This document shows, piece after piece, positions 38,501-49,185 of a DNA stretch of 64,000 bases. Position 1 is the first letter of the stretch; each line of letters starts with the position of its first letter. This DNA is from Chlamydiota bacterium (GTDB lineage: Bacteria > Chlamydiota > Chlamydiia > Chlamydiales > SM23-39), in NCBI GenBank assembly GCA_038534095.1, contig JBCAXK010000003.1, positions 6,609-70,608 of the forward strand, in the 5' to 3' direction. The notes beneath the pieces were generated by a model that was not told the origin of the DNA, did no database searches, and worked only from the letters and a program-made list of their open reading frames with translations. A program made the position numbers and the translations under genes.

Positions 38501-39171
38501 TTTCTGGTAAGAAAGATGAATTTTTGAATACAGAAATCCTTTATTTGGATATACGCAAATGGCTTAAAGAACATCGCTTTTCAGAGAATGACATACATCT
38601 CATTCAGTACATAGTGAGCGCATTAGAAACAATTAACCTTCCTTTTTTGGATTTATATACTTTTCCTTGCAGCCTAGAAAACAATTTTTCTCCAATGCCT
38701 ATGAAAAATTTTTTTCAGAGCATAATAACTGATTATTATCGGAATAATATAACAGCTAAATTATCGAACATCATGACAGAGCAGGAAATCGTGAGAGATG
38801 AATCTAGTTTGCGCGCAATGGAGCTAGATCCTGCGCGTCGAGATTGTCCCGCTATTCGCAAATTTCGCGATGATCTAATATGCTGCCAGCGCTATCTATT
38901 GGCTAGAAAGAGCCAAAGCACGCAGCCATCAGTCTTAGATTGGATTTGTGCGCAAAACCCAGACAAACCAAAAAACTGTCAGACTCTAGAGCCTATTAGG
39001 CAAGCCAATGAGATGAACGTGGAACAAGAAGGTAAATCGCGTATACAAGACAGACGAATAGATCGTGGTGATGAAAAAGTATCTTCGGAAGAAAAATCTC
39101 AGCAATGGCATAAAAGATCGGAACAAAAGGCTTCTAGTAATACACACTCTTCCTCAAAAAGGGGTTCGTAA
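35566..39171 (+). CDS. large hypothetical protein (1201 aa), predicted all-helical with a recurring motif; candidate secreted effector
   Basis: Uninterrupted 3.6-kb ORF with Lys/Asn/Ile/Phe/Tyr-rich, A/T-biased composition. The motif h-x-x-h-h-x-[KR]-Y recurs, for example FLKKYGG (106), ILKAYEE (174), LLDRYMP (371), LFNKYKS (447), LLKMYGN (520), LWKKYRH (592), CLIEYDK (677), CLTKYKD (856) and LFNRYRK (928). The C-terminal tail is charged and Ser-rich. Confidence 0.8.
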   Translation: MSALQCVKQTMEIDYSAMSAEEKADSKLISRIKRSVKAMNLVGSEGKKSKLAKRMISLCNEHEHNMASFKAAIEHLPWPGAPDQRSTLFLLKEAFIIEKHPNRMDFLKKYGGIPWCQKNGPDFEAYDYLVNILVSNDNNDDYYELRSVLSSFLSHSIEKEISKEILQRRFMKKILKAYEEPDRSIDNKQDWIGENTYTPDEWMVATAIFHENIYLAKKWIKACTSRGDSYAIAHFAVQKAFENDRWDLANEFFEENIPKQASNREQFLKTGFEKAFLNHCSDQSLIINFYFQKLEPSSWMKKSQWDASKWVVDKLTDTHYPIADRTELLMSFLQGRERMVENKSSPMNSLLTVTVNNILKTQDCKEIFRRLLDRYMPTSLALKKRVGPEFIDYFIDISYGIATTKNVDNILFYLNGNEDRLFGKETLLKGVIRRLTENNKKAFAKRLFNKYKSRPYPNIKEGSYAEYSLLFIHHICQYKKDWIEFLFGNEDEKFGRDISLLVESIKRAVNFGAINFLIKLLKMYGNNVFIPKDSDTESSYGKLIVKQHLSKGKVLNLLKILEGIEQVHRETLLQIIIDEAFFEKAEDLIEGLWKKYRHLNIPSERLLLNIPPKRLVKASYGSYMVLKGFICENYRFLTTCIDSCTEHVWFQGKKITVAELIAKSSIENHCKNFFQKCLIEYDKKRSKFSKKHREYRLVCRIFHRALMEKHEEFLKLFKTTLLSIKEDLGSLFLYTLQAVITLLAKASPTGKIDKAAQEILELTISHAATGSDHLFKEICSKFSKEKYSDTLQIKHVLLDYCVEQNANQRAKMLIQKHRDDRSQVIQDEGGAFSWNFVSLAIVFAIKHRNEDVLNDCLTKYKDHLWEKVGGTSSMGAFAIETAIQYHYNTFVMKKCNKNLNNSQTREKTLNCVWRLANKYSNRALMLELFNRYRKYIPEERLYQLISSYMRSASNMLLMSKDILEYNREIRELRTSIFNLSGKKDEFLNTEILYLDIRKWLKEHRFSENDIHLIQYIVSALETINLPFLDLYTFPCSLENNFSPMPMKNFFQSIITDYYRNNITAKLSNIMTEQEIVRDESSLRAMELDPARRDCPAIRKFRDDLICCQRYLLARKSQSTQPSVLDWICAQNPDKPKNCQTLEPIRQANEMNVEQEGKSRIQDRRIDRGDEKVSSEEKSQQWHKRSEQKASSNTHSSSKRGS

Positions 39172-39586
39172 CCAAGGCTCTCTCCCTAAATTTTGCCTGA
39201 AAGTCCTGTGCCGCATCATTATCTCCTAAGATATGCGTCTCGTAAAAAATCGTAGGCCGCTAAGCCTTGGGCATGACTGGTTTGGGCCTTGCGCAATCTA
39301 GGTATGAGACATTTCATAACCTCAAAATCTTTCTAAAGATCCACACTAGGAAAATAGGTGATTTCATCAACATATCCCTAAAACGTACCGCAATTCCTAA
39401 GAGAACTGCGCACATAATCCGCCTTGCTCATAAAAGCTTCCCTACACAAAAAAAACACAAACTCTTTAAGAAGAAGATCATACTAATCTCTATTCACTAT
39501 ATATCTCCATGAAACTCGACCGGAAAACTTGATCTGCAAAATAGGCTCAAGACTTCGAAAAAAACTCTTGGTCAGCAGAGAAACTC

Positions 39587-39955
39587 TCACTGAATTTTTC
39601 TCATGAGAGCGCCGATCGTTTGCGCAATATCTACTTGAATAGGCTTTCTAGAGGAAAAAAGCAGTCCGCTTGAACAAGCTTTGCGCTCCGTATTCTTCAC
39701 GGTCGATCGCATATAACGCAATTTTTGTCTTAGAGCTTTAGCGATGATTTTCTGTTTAAGATTTTCGCAGCGATGCTTTCTATTTGTTTCCCGCGCTCCT
39801 AAACCTTTTGTGGCTTTGCTATCAGGGTTTCTCATCATGCTTCTATTCCCTACAGGCTGAATTGGAGATCTCACCACTTTAATAAAAAAATTCTTTACCA
39901 TCAATAGCTCATCACCTAGAAAGGTAAAAATTTTTCGCTTAGATTCTCTCTTCAT
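39587..39955 (-). CDS. hypothetical highly basic protein (doubtful)
   Basis: 122-aa Lys/Arg-rich ORF in a region that otherwise looks non-coding or decayed. No family recognised. Confidence 0.3.
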   Translation of the reverse strand: MKRESKRKIFTFLGDELLMVKNFFIKVVRSPIQPVGNRSMMRNPDSKATKGLGARETNRKHRCENLKQKIIAKALRQKLRYMRSTVKNTERKACSSGLLFSSRKPIQVDIAQTIGALMRKIQ

Positions 39956-40287
39956 GCGCTTAATGAAAAGAAGATACTACCTCTAAAAAATGGGCGCCAT
40001 TTTTGGAGAGTAAAGACCCAATGTACCTATCCAATCGAATTAAGGAATAGATTCTCTACTTTTGCAAAGAAAAAAATTCTCATTCGTGCTATTCCGGAAA
40101 AAAACGTAAGATATTTTGTGCGATTTTTAAGAGAGCAAAAACCCCATCTCTTCAGTAAGTCTTCACTCCCCTTGCCCGTTTGCTAAAAGATCCTTTCAAA
40201 AAGGAAGAGAAGATCCCCATACAAAAAATTTCGGTGACAAGAATACTTTTTGTTGTGCATTCTTAGAGAAACGTGAGGAATCTTCGC

Positions 40288-40965
40288 ATGACCAATCAGA
40301 CCATTAAAGAAGGTTTAGGCTACTACGCAGTCCAGTTCATCAAACAGAACATGATTGTTGGCCTTGGCACAGGCTCGACAGCGAGCTGTTTTATCCAAGC
40401 CTTGGCAGCTGCTTGTCAAAAGCAATTAGACATTCAAGCAGTCGCCTCATCTGAACAATCGTTTTTTCAAGGAAAGCGCCTAGGCATCTCCATGCTACCT
40501 TTTGATCGGGTCGATAGAGTCGATCTAACGGTCGATGGGGCTGATGAGATCGATCCACAACATGAGCTCATCAAAGGGGCTGGAGGCGCTCATGTGCGTG
40601 AAAAAATTCTTGCCCACTTTTCCGATCGGCTCATTATTTTAGCCGACGAGACTAAATTAGTAGAAAAACTCGGCGAAAAAAAACCTCTGCCTGTTGAAGT
40701 CGTCTCGTTTGGAGCGAGCGCTACAAAGACCTACTTAGATAAGCTGTGTCCAGGGTGCTTGTTAAGAAAAACGGAACAGGGAAGCGCCTGGAAAACAGAT
40801 AACGGAGGCATGATTTTTGATCTCCCTTTAAGAGGCAAAAATGTATCCGATCTCCATCCATCCATCATGGCCATACCGGGGGTAGTAGACACAGGCTATT
40901 TTTCCAATATGGCAACCAAAGTTGTGATTGGATATCAGAATGGATCTATTTCTACTCTGCGTTAG
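40288..40965 (+). CDS. rpiA: ribose-5-phosphate isomerase A
   Basis: GLGTGSTA, VDGADEID and LIKGAGGAHVREKI blocks. ATG taken at 40288; the tracked ORF begins at an upstream GTG at 40273. Confidence 0.9.
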   Translation: MTNQTIKEGLGYYAVQFIKQNMIVGLGTGSTASCFIQALAAACQKQLDIQAVASSEQSFFQGKRLGISMLPFDRVDRVDLTVDGADEIDPQHELIKGAGGAHVREKILAHFSDRLIILADETKLVEKLGEKKPLPVEVVSFGASATKTYLDKLCPGCLLRKTEQGSAWKTDNGGMIFDLPLRGKNVSDLHPSIMAIPGVVDTGYFSNMATKVVIGYQNGSISTLR

Positions 40966-41294
40966 TATTTGATCTTAAACTGCTCTCCAGCTAACACCAA
41001 AAGGGACTCAACAGCTTCTCTTGCATCTTCCCCGTAAGCTTCCACACGTATTTTTGCCCCTTTTTCCGCAGCGAGCATCAAAATACCGAGCAACGATTTC
41101 GCGTTGACCGAGCAATCTTTATAATGCAACGTGATTTCAGAACGGAAGTTTGCAGCGCACTTCACAAGTTCTGTAGAGGGTCTGGTGTGAAGACCGCTAC
41201 CGTTTTTTACCACAAAAAGGCCGTTTGCTCTGCAGGGGAGCCGTGTTTTGTATGTGTACTTTTTTTTTGTTTTACTTGTCATAACCATATTCAA
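40962..41294 (-). CDS. ptsH: HPr-like phosphocarrier protein
   Basis: GLHTRPSTELV (His15 context) and NAKSLLGILML (Ser46 context), with a ~20-aa basic N-terminal extension. Confidence 0.85.
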   Translation of the reverse strand: MNMVMTSKTKKKYTYKTRLPCRANGLFVVKNGSGLHTRPSTELVKCAANFRSEITLHYKDCSVNAKSLLGILMLAAEKGAKIRVEAYGEDAREAVESLLVLAGEQFKIKY

Positions 41295-41401
41295 AAAAAC
41301 ACGCGAGAAAATTTTCTCGCATGTTCTTTTTCATAAAACAAGCGTTTTTTTCAATCAAATGTTTTTTGCAAATTTGGCGCTTATCCCACAAACAAGTAGC
41401 A

Positions 41402-43255
41402 TTAATGCACCGGTTCGACAGGATCCGTAGTTTCTAAAAGCGCTTCTAACTGCTCTACTAACGATGAAAAATGGTCAATGGCAGACGCAATTGGTTCTTT
41501 TTTTCTCATGTCAATTCCTGCAAGCTCCAACAGTTCTAAGGGGAATTTGGACCCTCCCGAAGATAAAAAGGTCAAATACCGATCTTTTGCCGCGGCATCT
41601 TTGGTGATCTCTTTCCAAAGAGCTAACGCTGCGCTAATCCCTGTCGCATATTGATAGACATAGAAGTTATAGTAGAAATGGGGAATACGTAAGCATTCGA
41701 CTCCTAACAAAGGATCCATAACAAGATCAGGCCCATAATATTCTTCATGCAACTTTTGATATTCGTTACGAACGAGCTGAGGAGTGATCGGGGTTCCGTT
41801 TTCAACCCACTCGTGCAATTGAAGTTCAAATTCAGCAAATAACGTTTGCCTGAATAAAGTGCCACAAATCGAGTCGATAGCGTAACTAATTAGATAGGCT
41901 TTTTCTTCCCTACTTTCGGCTTTCCCGAGTAGATTGTGTAAGAGGAGTTGCTCGTTCAATGTGGAAGCAACTTCCGCGACAAAAATCGGATAGTTAGCGT
42001 CCACAAAAGGCTGATTTTCTCGGCTTTTTTGCGTATGCATGCTATGCCCACTTTCATGGGCTAAAGTAAACACCTCTCGAAGATTTCCACTATCTTTGAG
42101 CGACTCAGTGCCCCCATTTACAGGAAAGTTCAAAAGAATATACGGATAGGAATCATAACACCCTCCTGAATAGGCTCCAGAGCGTTTATTTTTGTTTTCG
42201 TAAACATCGACCCACCTTTCTTCATACAAACCCTTACGAAGGGTTGTTTGGTATTCTTTGCCAAGAGCGCTTACCGAATCGACAACCGTCGCTCTCGCCT
42301 CATCGTAACTCATATTGAATCCGTTGTAGTGCACAAGCGGCACGTAGAGATCATAACGACGCAGTTCATCTAACCCTAGCACCTTCTTACGGAGCGTAAC
42401 GTACTTATGAAGGGCTTGAATATTTTCTTTTACCGTACTGATCAGATTGTGGTACACCTCAGTATCGATTTTGTTATTGTAGAGAGCTGCTTCTAAAGAG
42501 TTCTGGAAATTTCTTGTCCGAGCTAAGTAAGCATGGCTAGCTACCTTTCCCTGCAAGAGCTCTGTAAAGGTATTTTCGTGAGCGGCATATTCTGCTAGAA
42601 AATTTTCATAAGCGGATTTTCTAAGCTCCCGATCCGACGAATGAAGATACCTTCCATAGGCGCTTTGACTCAGCTCCCTCTCTTGTCCGCTTCGATCAAT
42701 CGCAGGTGCAAATGCAAGATCGGCGTTGTTAAGAGCGCTGAATGCCATATGTAATGAAGATAAAGGTTGCTGAGCAAGAGCTAAAAGGGACTCTTCTTTT
42801 TCTGAAAGGGTATGCTTACGTATCCTTTCCATCGATTGTAGAATTCTTTTGTAATCTTTGAGAGATTCTGATTCCAAAAGCTGGAGAAAAGTTTCTTCAT
42901 CCAAACTCAATATGGCTGGCCGGATCCAAGAAGTTGCTTGTTGAAACTCCGTATGAAGGTGTTTTACTTTGATGTAGGCTTCTTTGTAGTCGGTGTTTTT
43001 CAAGTTTTCATCGTAGCGGTGATGGGCGTAGGCGTACAACTTTTCTATCCACCGCTCTAAAGAAAAAACCTGATCAAAGAGCTGCTTGGCGATCTTAGGA
43101 TCTTCTAGCTGGTCTTCATACGCCTCTTTTTTTGGCCAATCTTTTTTCTGAGAGCACTCTTGAAGATCTGCGTTCCAGTAGGATAAATCTTCGTAAATGT
43201 ATTCCATGTTCCAAGTATGTTCTTGGGGAATGTCGTCTCTATCAGGAATCATCAA
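41402..43255 (-). CDS. pepF: oligoendopeptidase F (M3B metallopeptidase)
   Basis: 617 aa with the zinc motif TLAHESGHSMH and M3B-like overall layout. Confidence 0.88.
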   Translation of the reverse strand: MMIPDRDDIPQEHTWNMEYIYEDLSYWNADLQECSQKKDWPKKEAYEDQLEDPKIAKQLFDQVFSLERWIEKLYAYAHHRYDENLKNTDYKEAYIKVKHLHTEFQQATSWIRPAILSLDEETFLQLLESESLKDYKRILQSMERIRKHTLSEKEESLLALAQQPLSSLHMAFSALNNADLAFAPAIDRSGQERELSQSAYGRYLHSSDRELRKSAYENFLAEYAAHENTFTELLQGKVASHAYLARTRNFQNSLEAALYNNKIDTEVYHNLISTVKENIQALHKYVTLRKKVLGLDELRRYDLYVPLVHYNGFNMSYDEARATVVDSVSALGKEYQTTLRKGLYEERWVDVYENKNKRSGAYSGGCYDSYPYILLNFPVNGGTESLKDSGNLREVFTLAHESGHSMHTQKSRENQPFVDANYPIFVAEVASTLNEQLLLHNLLGKAESREEKAYLISYAIDSICGTLFRQTLFAEFELQLHEWVENGTPITPQLVRNEYQKLHEEYYGPDLVMDPLLGVECLRIPHFYYNFYVYQYATGISAALALWKEITKDAAAKDRYLTFLSSGGSKFPLELLELAGIDMRKKEPIASAIDHFSSLVEQLEALLETTDPVEPVH

Positions 43256-43761
43256 CCAACCTCGCTAAAAATAAACATAAAATAATGAATATGACAATTT
43301 TTGCTATTGCTTACAATATTTTTCTAACTCAAAACGATTTCGTCAAGGTACTCCTTTTCGACTTTCTAATACAGGTCGTTGTCCCCAGCAAGTCTTTATA
43401 TTGTAGAAACGTCCCATACGCCAGCAATCTTTCCCCAATTTCCCATTCTCAAATACATCATTTTCAATAAAAAAATCCTTTCTAACCTAGATAGACAAAG
43501 ATCCCTAACTCCCATGTTTCTTCCAGTCTTGTCTTGCCTATTTTCCACTTTCAAGGATTTTCCCTAGTGATCTAACGTTGGGAATGACGCTTTGCCCGAC
43601 CTTCGTGCTAGTCTTGGGGCTAGGCTCTCAAACTACGTTTCTCTCAACACATCATATAAGTTTTTTTATTCTAAGAATCGATCCACTTTCGACCTGGGTC
43701 AAAGGATTTTTTGACTTGTTAACCGGTTATTTTTCCTGCTCAAGTTAGTGATTTTGGCAGC

Positions 43762-43789
43762 TTGCTTTTATCTCAGACAGTTCTATAAT
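43762..43789 (+). promoter_or_regulatory. candidate sigma70/66-type promoter of groES-groEL
   Basis: TTGCTT (43762-43767), a 16-nt spacer, then TATAAT (43784-43789). It lies about 130 nt upstream of the groES ATG and immediately upstream of the CIRCE-like element. Confidence 0.45.
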
Positions 43790-43820
43790 GCGCAGGTAAT
43801 CTAGGCAGAGGCACACTTGT

Positions 43821-43847
43821 TTAGCAGACTTTTAGGGTAAGTGCTAA
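43821..43847 (+). promoter_or_regulatory. CIRCE-like HrcA operator (degenerate)
   Basis: TTAGCAGAC-N9-AAGTGCTAA against the consensus TTAGCACTC-N9-GAGTGCTAA: three mismatches, correct 9-nt spacer, correct position ahead of groES. Confidence 0.65.
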
Positions 43848-43919
43848 TCTTTATTGCGCAAAAAGTGCTTTTTCGCTAAGCTGGTCAATATAAAAACGAG
43901 ATAATGGAGGTCAACAACT

Positions 43920-44231
43920 ATGACGAAACATTCTGAAGCAAAACAAGTTTCTTTGAAGCCTGTGGGTTTCCGCGTGCTTGCAAAGCGTCTAGAGCAAGAA
44001 GAGGTTATGAAAGGTGGAATCATTATTCCCGACTCTGCAAAGAAGAAACAAGAAACGCTCGTCGTCATCCGCGTAGGTCAACCTCAGATCGTTGATGGTA
44101 AAGAAATTCCTATTCCAGTAAATGAGGGTGATCATATCCTTATGGATAAATATTCTGGACAAGAAGTCACTATCAATGATGAAGAGTTTGTGATCATTAA
44201 AGCAGATGAAATCGTAGCTATTGTTGAATAA
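43920..44231 (+). CDS. groES: co-chaperonin GroES
   Basis: 103 aa with LKPVGFRVLAKRLEQEE...GGIIIPDSAKKKQ, the mobile-loop region. Directly upstream of groEL. Confidence 0.93.
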   Translation: MTKHSEAKQVSLKPVGFRVLAKRLEQEEVMKGGIIIPDSAKKKQETLVVIRVGQPQIVDGKEIPIPVNEGDHILMDKYSGQEVTINDEEFVIIKADEIVAIVE

Positions 44232-44236
44232 TTTAA

Positions 44237-45883
<1,647 letters not shown>

Positions 45884-45891
45884 TCCTTCCG

Positions 45892-45924
45892 AAAAAGGCG
45901 CTTTTTATAAGCGCCTTTTTTTTT
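45892..45924 (+). terminator. intrinsic terminator after groEL
   Basis: Perfect 12-bp stem aaaaaggcgctt / aagcgccttttt with loop tttat, followed by a T-run. It begins 9 nt after the groEL stop. Confidence 0.85.
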
Positions 45925-45970
45925 GAAAAATTTCTTTTCTAATAAAAATCCATACAGTTATAAGAAATGT

Positions 45971-46636
45971 ATGAGATTGTTGATCAAGCTACTCCTCTCT
46001 TTCATTCTAATTGTTCTCATTGTTTTGGGCATTGCCTGGGTCTTTCGAGCAAAAATTGTTGCGCACTACATTTCAAAATCTCTCAACGACGCTAAAGTAA
46101 CCGTGCAGCATTTTCATTACGAAGATGCGTCTTTCAAAATAGAAGATTTAGAGATTTTCAATATAGATGATGAAAGAACAACTGCCTTTTCTGCTGAAAT
46201 GATTGAAATCGACGCTTCTTGGAAAGATCTGACAAAAACGCCTCTCGTGATTGAAGCAATCGAACTGTCCAATTTATCCATTCAAATTGAAGTGAGCTCA
46301 AATGGCACAACAAACTGGGATCGTCTACTCAAAGAACAGAATAAAAGCCGAAAGAAAAAACCCTCAAAAGCCTATCTCATTCAAGAGCTCACTTTAAGAA
46401 ATTTATTTGTGACGGTCACAACCGCAAATGGCAAGGTGACGCAGTACCCGATGATTGATGAACTGGTTTTGTACAATATTTCTAATGAAACAGGCTTCCC
46501 CTTGCGCGAAGTGGAAAAAGCGATTTTCCAAATCGTGTTGAGGAAGCTGTTTGAAGATTTTGGTATACGAATCATAGATAATATCCTAAAAGGAATTGTT
46601 CCAGATCCGAGTAACCTCCCTTTTTTAGGACGTTAG
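45971..46636 (+). CDS. hypothetical membrane-anchored protein
   Basis: N-terminal TM (LLIKLLLSFILIVLIVLGIAWVF) followed by a beta-rich soluble part. ATG at 45971 is preferred because the tracked TTG start (45923) lies inside the groEL terminator. Confidence 0.6.
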   Translation: MRLLIKLLLSFILIVLIVLGIAWVFRAKIVAHYISKSLNDAKVTVQHFHYEDASFKIEDLEIFNIDDERTTAFSAEMIEIDASWKDLTKTPLVIEAIELSNLSIQIEVSSNGTTNWDRLLKEQNKSRKKKPSKAYLIQELTLRNLFVTVTTANGKVTQYPMIDELVLYNISNETGFPLREVEKAIFQIVLRKLFEDFGIRIIDNILKGIVPDPSNLPFLGR

Positions 46637-47187
46637 TTTTCTTTCACAAAGACTTTGAGAATCACCTGCTTTTCCAAAGGTTTATTCATGACAGGTTCGG
46701 TGGTCGTTTCTTCAATTTTGCGCACAACCGATTTCCCAGAAATTACCTTACCAAAAATCGTATGGCGACCATTTAACCAAGGAGTAGCAACCGTTGTAAT
46801 GAAAAACTGACTTCCATTTGTATTTGGTCCACTATTTGCCATCGCTAAAAGATAAGGACGATCAAAAATCAGATCAGAGGAACACTCATCTTGAAACGCT
46901 TTGCCCCAAATCGAAGCTCCGCCCCTTCCTGTTCCTGTGGGATCTCCCCCTTGAATCATAAAATTTTTAATGACCCGGTGGAAAATCACCCCTTCGTAAT
47001 ACTTATTTTCAGCTAGCTTCAAAAAATTTTCACAAGCTTTTGGAGCAACATCTGTCAATAATTCGATTTCGATCTCCCCTTGATTTGTTTCAATCACTAC
47101 GATTGGCGCTTTTTTTGTCTCTTGCATAAACGACCCCATACATATAAATAAAATGATTCCAAATAAACCATGATAAAGAAGTTTCAT
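46633..47187 (-). CDS. cyclophilin-type peptidyl-prolyl cis-trans isomerase with a signal/anchor sequence
   Basis: FHRVIKNFMIQGGDPTGTGRGGASIWG, MANSGPNTNGSQFFIT and HTIFGKV, with a hydrophobic N-terminus. Confidence 0.9.
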   Translation of the reverse strand: MKLLYHGLFGIILFICMGSFMQETKKAPIVVIETNQGEIEIELLTDVAPKACENFLKLAENKYYEGVIFHRVIKNFMIQGGDPTGTGRGGASIWGKAFQDECSSDLIFDRPYLLAMANSGPNTNGSQFFITTVATPWLNGRHTIFGKVISGKSVVRKIEETTTEPVMNKPLEKQVILKVFVKEN

Positions 47188-47670
47188 AATATCTCCTACA
47201 GTTTTTTATATTCCATTTACAAAGGAAAGAACCTATCATCAAAAGGTCCTTACTCTGCAAAAAAGTCCTTACAAGTATCTCTTGCTTCCGAAGATAACTC
47301 AAGAGATAACTGCAACCTTTCGCGCTATCGGTGTACTTGGGACTGTTTTTAGGGACTAGCAGGCAGCTCTATTGCGTTCAGTTTTGCGCTTCTTTACAAG
47401 AAGCGTACTTCAAAGAGATAGAACCACCTTTGACCTTAGTTCCTATCACCTTCTGTTACAAATCACAGGACTCTTTCAGAATTACCGAAGGAGAGCGATC
47501 CATTCTAAAGATGTCTTCAAAGGGACATTGATCTCAAACAAGCAGCTTTAGACGAAAAAGGTTCTTTAGAGGCAAACAAACCGAAGTGGGCGATGCATTT
47601 CTCCAATTCGCAAAAATTCTTGTTTCGAGTACTTTGTATATATTTTGATGCGCGATGGTAAAAGGGAGCA

Positions 47671-48597
47671 ATGGACACCTCTTTTTTCAAGATTTTTGCT
47701 GGTATTGCGCTCCTTTACTTGGGGGCTAGCTGGCTTGTAAAATCGGCCACCACCCTCGCCCTTAGAGCTGGCGTTTCTCCTTTTTTAATCGGGTTAACCA
47801 TTGTAGGGTATGGGACAAGCCTACCCGAACTCATCACAACCGTGCAAGCCGCGGCAAAAGGCTACCCAGATATTGCAGCTGGCAATATTTTTGGTTCCAA
47901 TATTTTGAATACTTCATTGATTTTAGGATTGGGCATCATGATCAGGCCCACTTTTTGTAAAAAAAAGGTGCGGTTTTTTGACGCCCCTTTCATGCTCGTT
48001 TCTTCTATTTTACTTTTTTTTACTCCCTACCTGCCCGGTTTTCATCGGATATGGGGCTTTTTTTTACTGCTACTACTCGCTTTTTTTACGCTAGCTGCCT
48101 ACTTATGCAGGAACCTTGATCTGGATGATTCTGAGTTTTCCAGTAACCAAAGCCTACCCTTGGCTGCCTGCCTTCTCCCGATAGGCATCATCCTTCTTTT
48201 GTATGGGGCGCATATTTTCCTGACAGGCTCAACGCTCTTAGCAGAAAAGTTTCACCTTTCTGAAACCTTTATTGGACTTACCATAACAGCGCTTGGAACC
48301 TCACTACCAGAGCTAGCAACCACCATTGTTGCCGCTTGGAGAAAACAACCTATGCTCCTTGTCGGGGGAATCATCGGATCGAGTATCTATAATACGTTAG
48401 GTATTTTGGGCGCTGTAAGCGCTCTATATTCGATTTCTTTGGAAGGGATATCCCCTTTCGACAGTCTATTTATGATCTTTCTTAGCCTTTGGGTTTGCCT
48501 TTTATTGTGGATCAGATCTTATTTGGGACGCTTCTTTGGCGCTCTGCTTTGTATCAGTTATTTTCTTTATTTATACATCCTTGTCTTTGCTAGCTAA
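47671..48597 (+). CDS. Ca2+/Na+ antiporter family (CaCA, YrbG-like) membrane protein
   Basis: Two alpha-repeat signatures, GTSLPELITT and GTSLPELATT, in a ~10-TM protein. Confidence 0.88.
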   Translation: MDTSFFKIFAGIALLYLGASWLVKSATTLALRAGVSPFLIGLTIVGYGTSLPELITTVQAAAKGYPDIAAGNIFGSNILNTSLILGLGIMIRPTFCKKKVRFFDAPFMLVSSILLFFTPYLPGFHRIWGFFLLLLLAFFTLAAYLCRNLDLDDSEFSSNQSLPLAACLLPIGIILLLYGAHIFLTGSTLLAEKFHLSETFIGLTITALGTSLPELATTIVAAWRKQPMLLVGGIIGSSIYNTLGILGAVSALYSISLEGISPFDSLFMIFLSLWVCLLLWIRSYLGRFFGALLCISYFLYLYILVFAS

Positions 48598-49185
48598 CCT
48601 TAGGCATCTAAGGATTGTGCGTGTTGTGCGTGAAGAGGCAGGGCTGCAGGAAACGGCAGGCCAGTTGATGCCTTCTGATCCTCAGATGGCCATGAGCTTG
48701 GGTGAATGCCTAAAGTTGACGGCGCTCGATGGACTGGGATTTGCGTCTAGACCCCTTTATTTAGAAGGACAATTCTTTGCAAATAGGCCGGTAAAGAAGC
48801 TACTAGATAGCGATTAAGGAAAAATAGAAGAGAAAAGAGCTTTTTTAGGCAGGTTGATCCTCGCTACCAAAGAGTTAAACGCAGAAAAAGTTACTTCTCT
48901 TGTAACTCCACGCTCGATAGCCCTTTGTAAAGAGCGTTCTGTGAAAATTATGTTTTGACGAACGGTTTTAGATGTTTGGTCCTAAAGCGTGATGGCGTAT
49001 ACATTCTCCAGGAAGTACAAAGTATAAAACGTACTCAAAATCACTTCTCTATCAATAGAAATAACCTTGAAGACGTTTTTTGCCAGGAAATTTCAATGCG
49101 ATCGCCCTGTAATTTCAGAAAAACCCCCTTGACAAGGGGAGTAAAAAAAATTAGAATTCAACATAAGGATAGTTATAGGGAGGTA

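Noticed and set aside
39587-39955. Hyper-basic 122-aa ORF considered as a chlamydial histone-like (Hc1/Hc2-type) protein
   Set aside because: It lacks the Lys/Ala-rich repeat character I associate with Hc proteins, and it sits in apparently decayed sequence. Kept only as a low-confidence hypothetical.
48632-48675. GC-rich bulged hairpin after the CaCA gene, considered as SRP (4.5S) RNA domain IV or another ncRNA
   Set aside because: It has a CAGG...GGAA...GCAG flavour (gaagaggcagggctgcaggaaacggcaggccagttgatgccttc). However, the loop and the 3' AGCAGC-type consensus do not match what I recall for bacterial SRP RNA, and no flanking helices are evident. An Infernal/Rfam scan would be needed, so no call is made.
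48955-49185. N-terminal 77 codons of the tracked 163-aa ORF
   Set aside because: The recognisable DUF378 domain starts at the internal ATG at 49186, which has a strong AGGGAGG ribosome-binding site. The upstream part begins at a non-ATG codon and looks non-coding.
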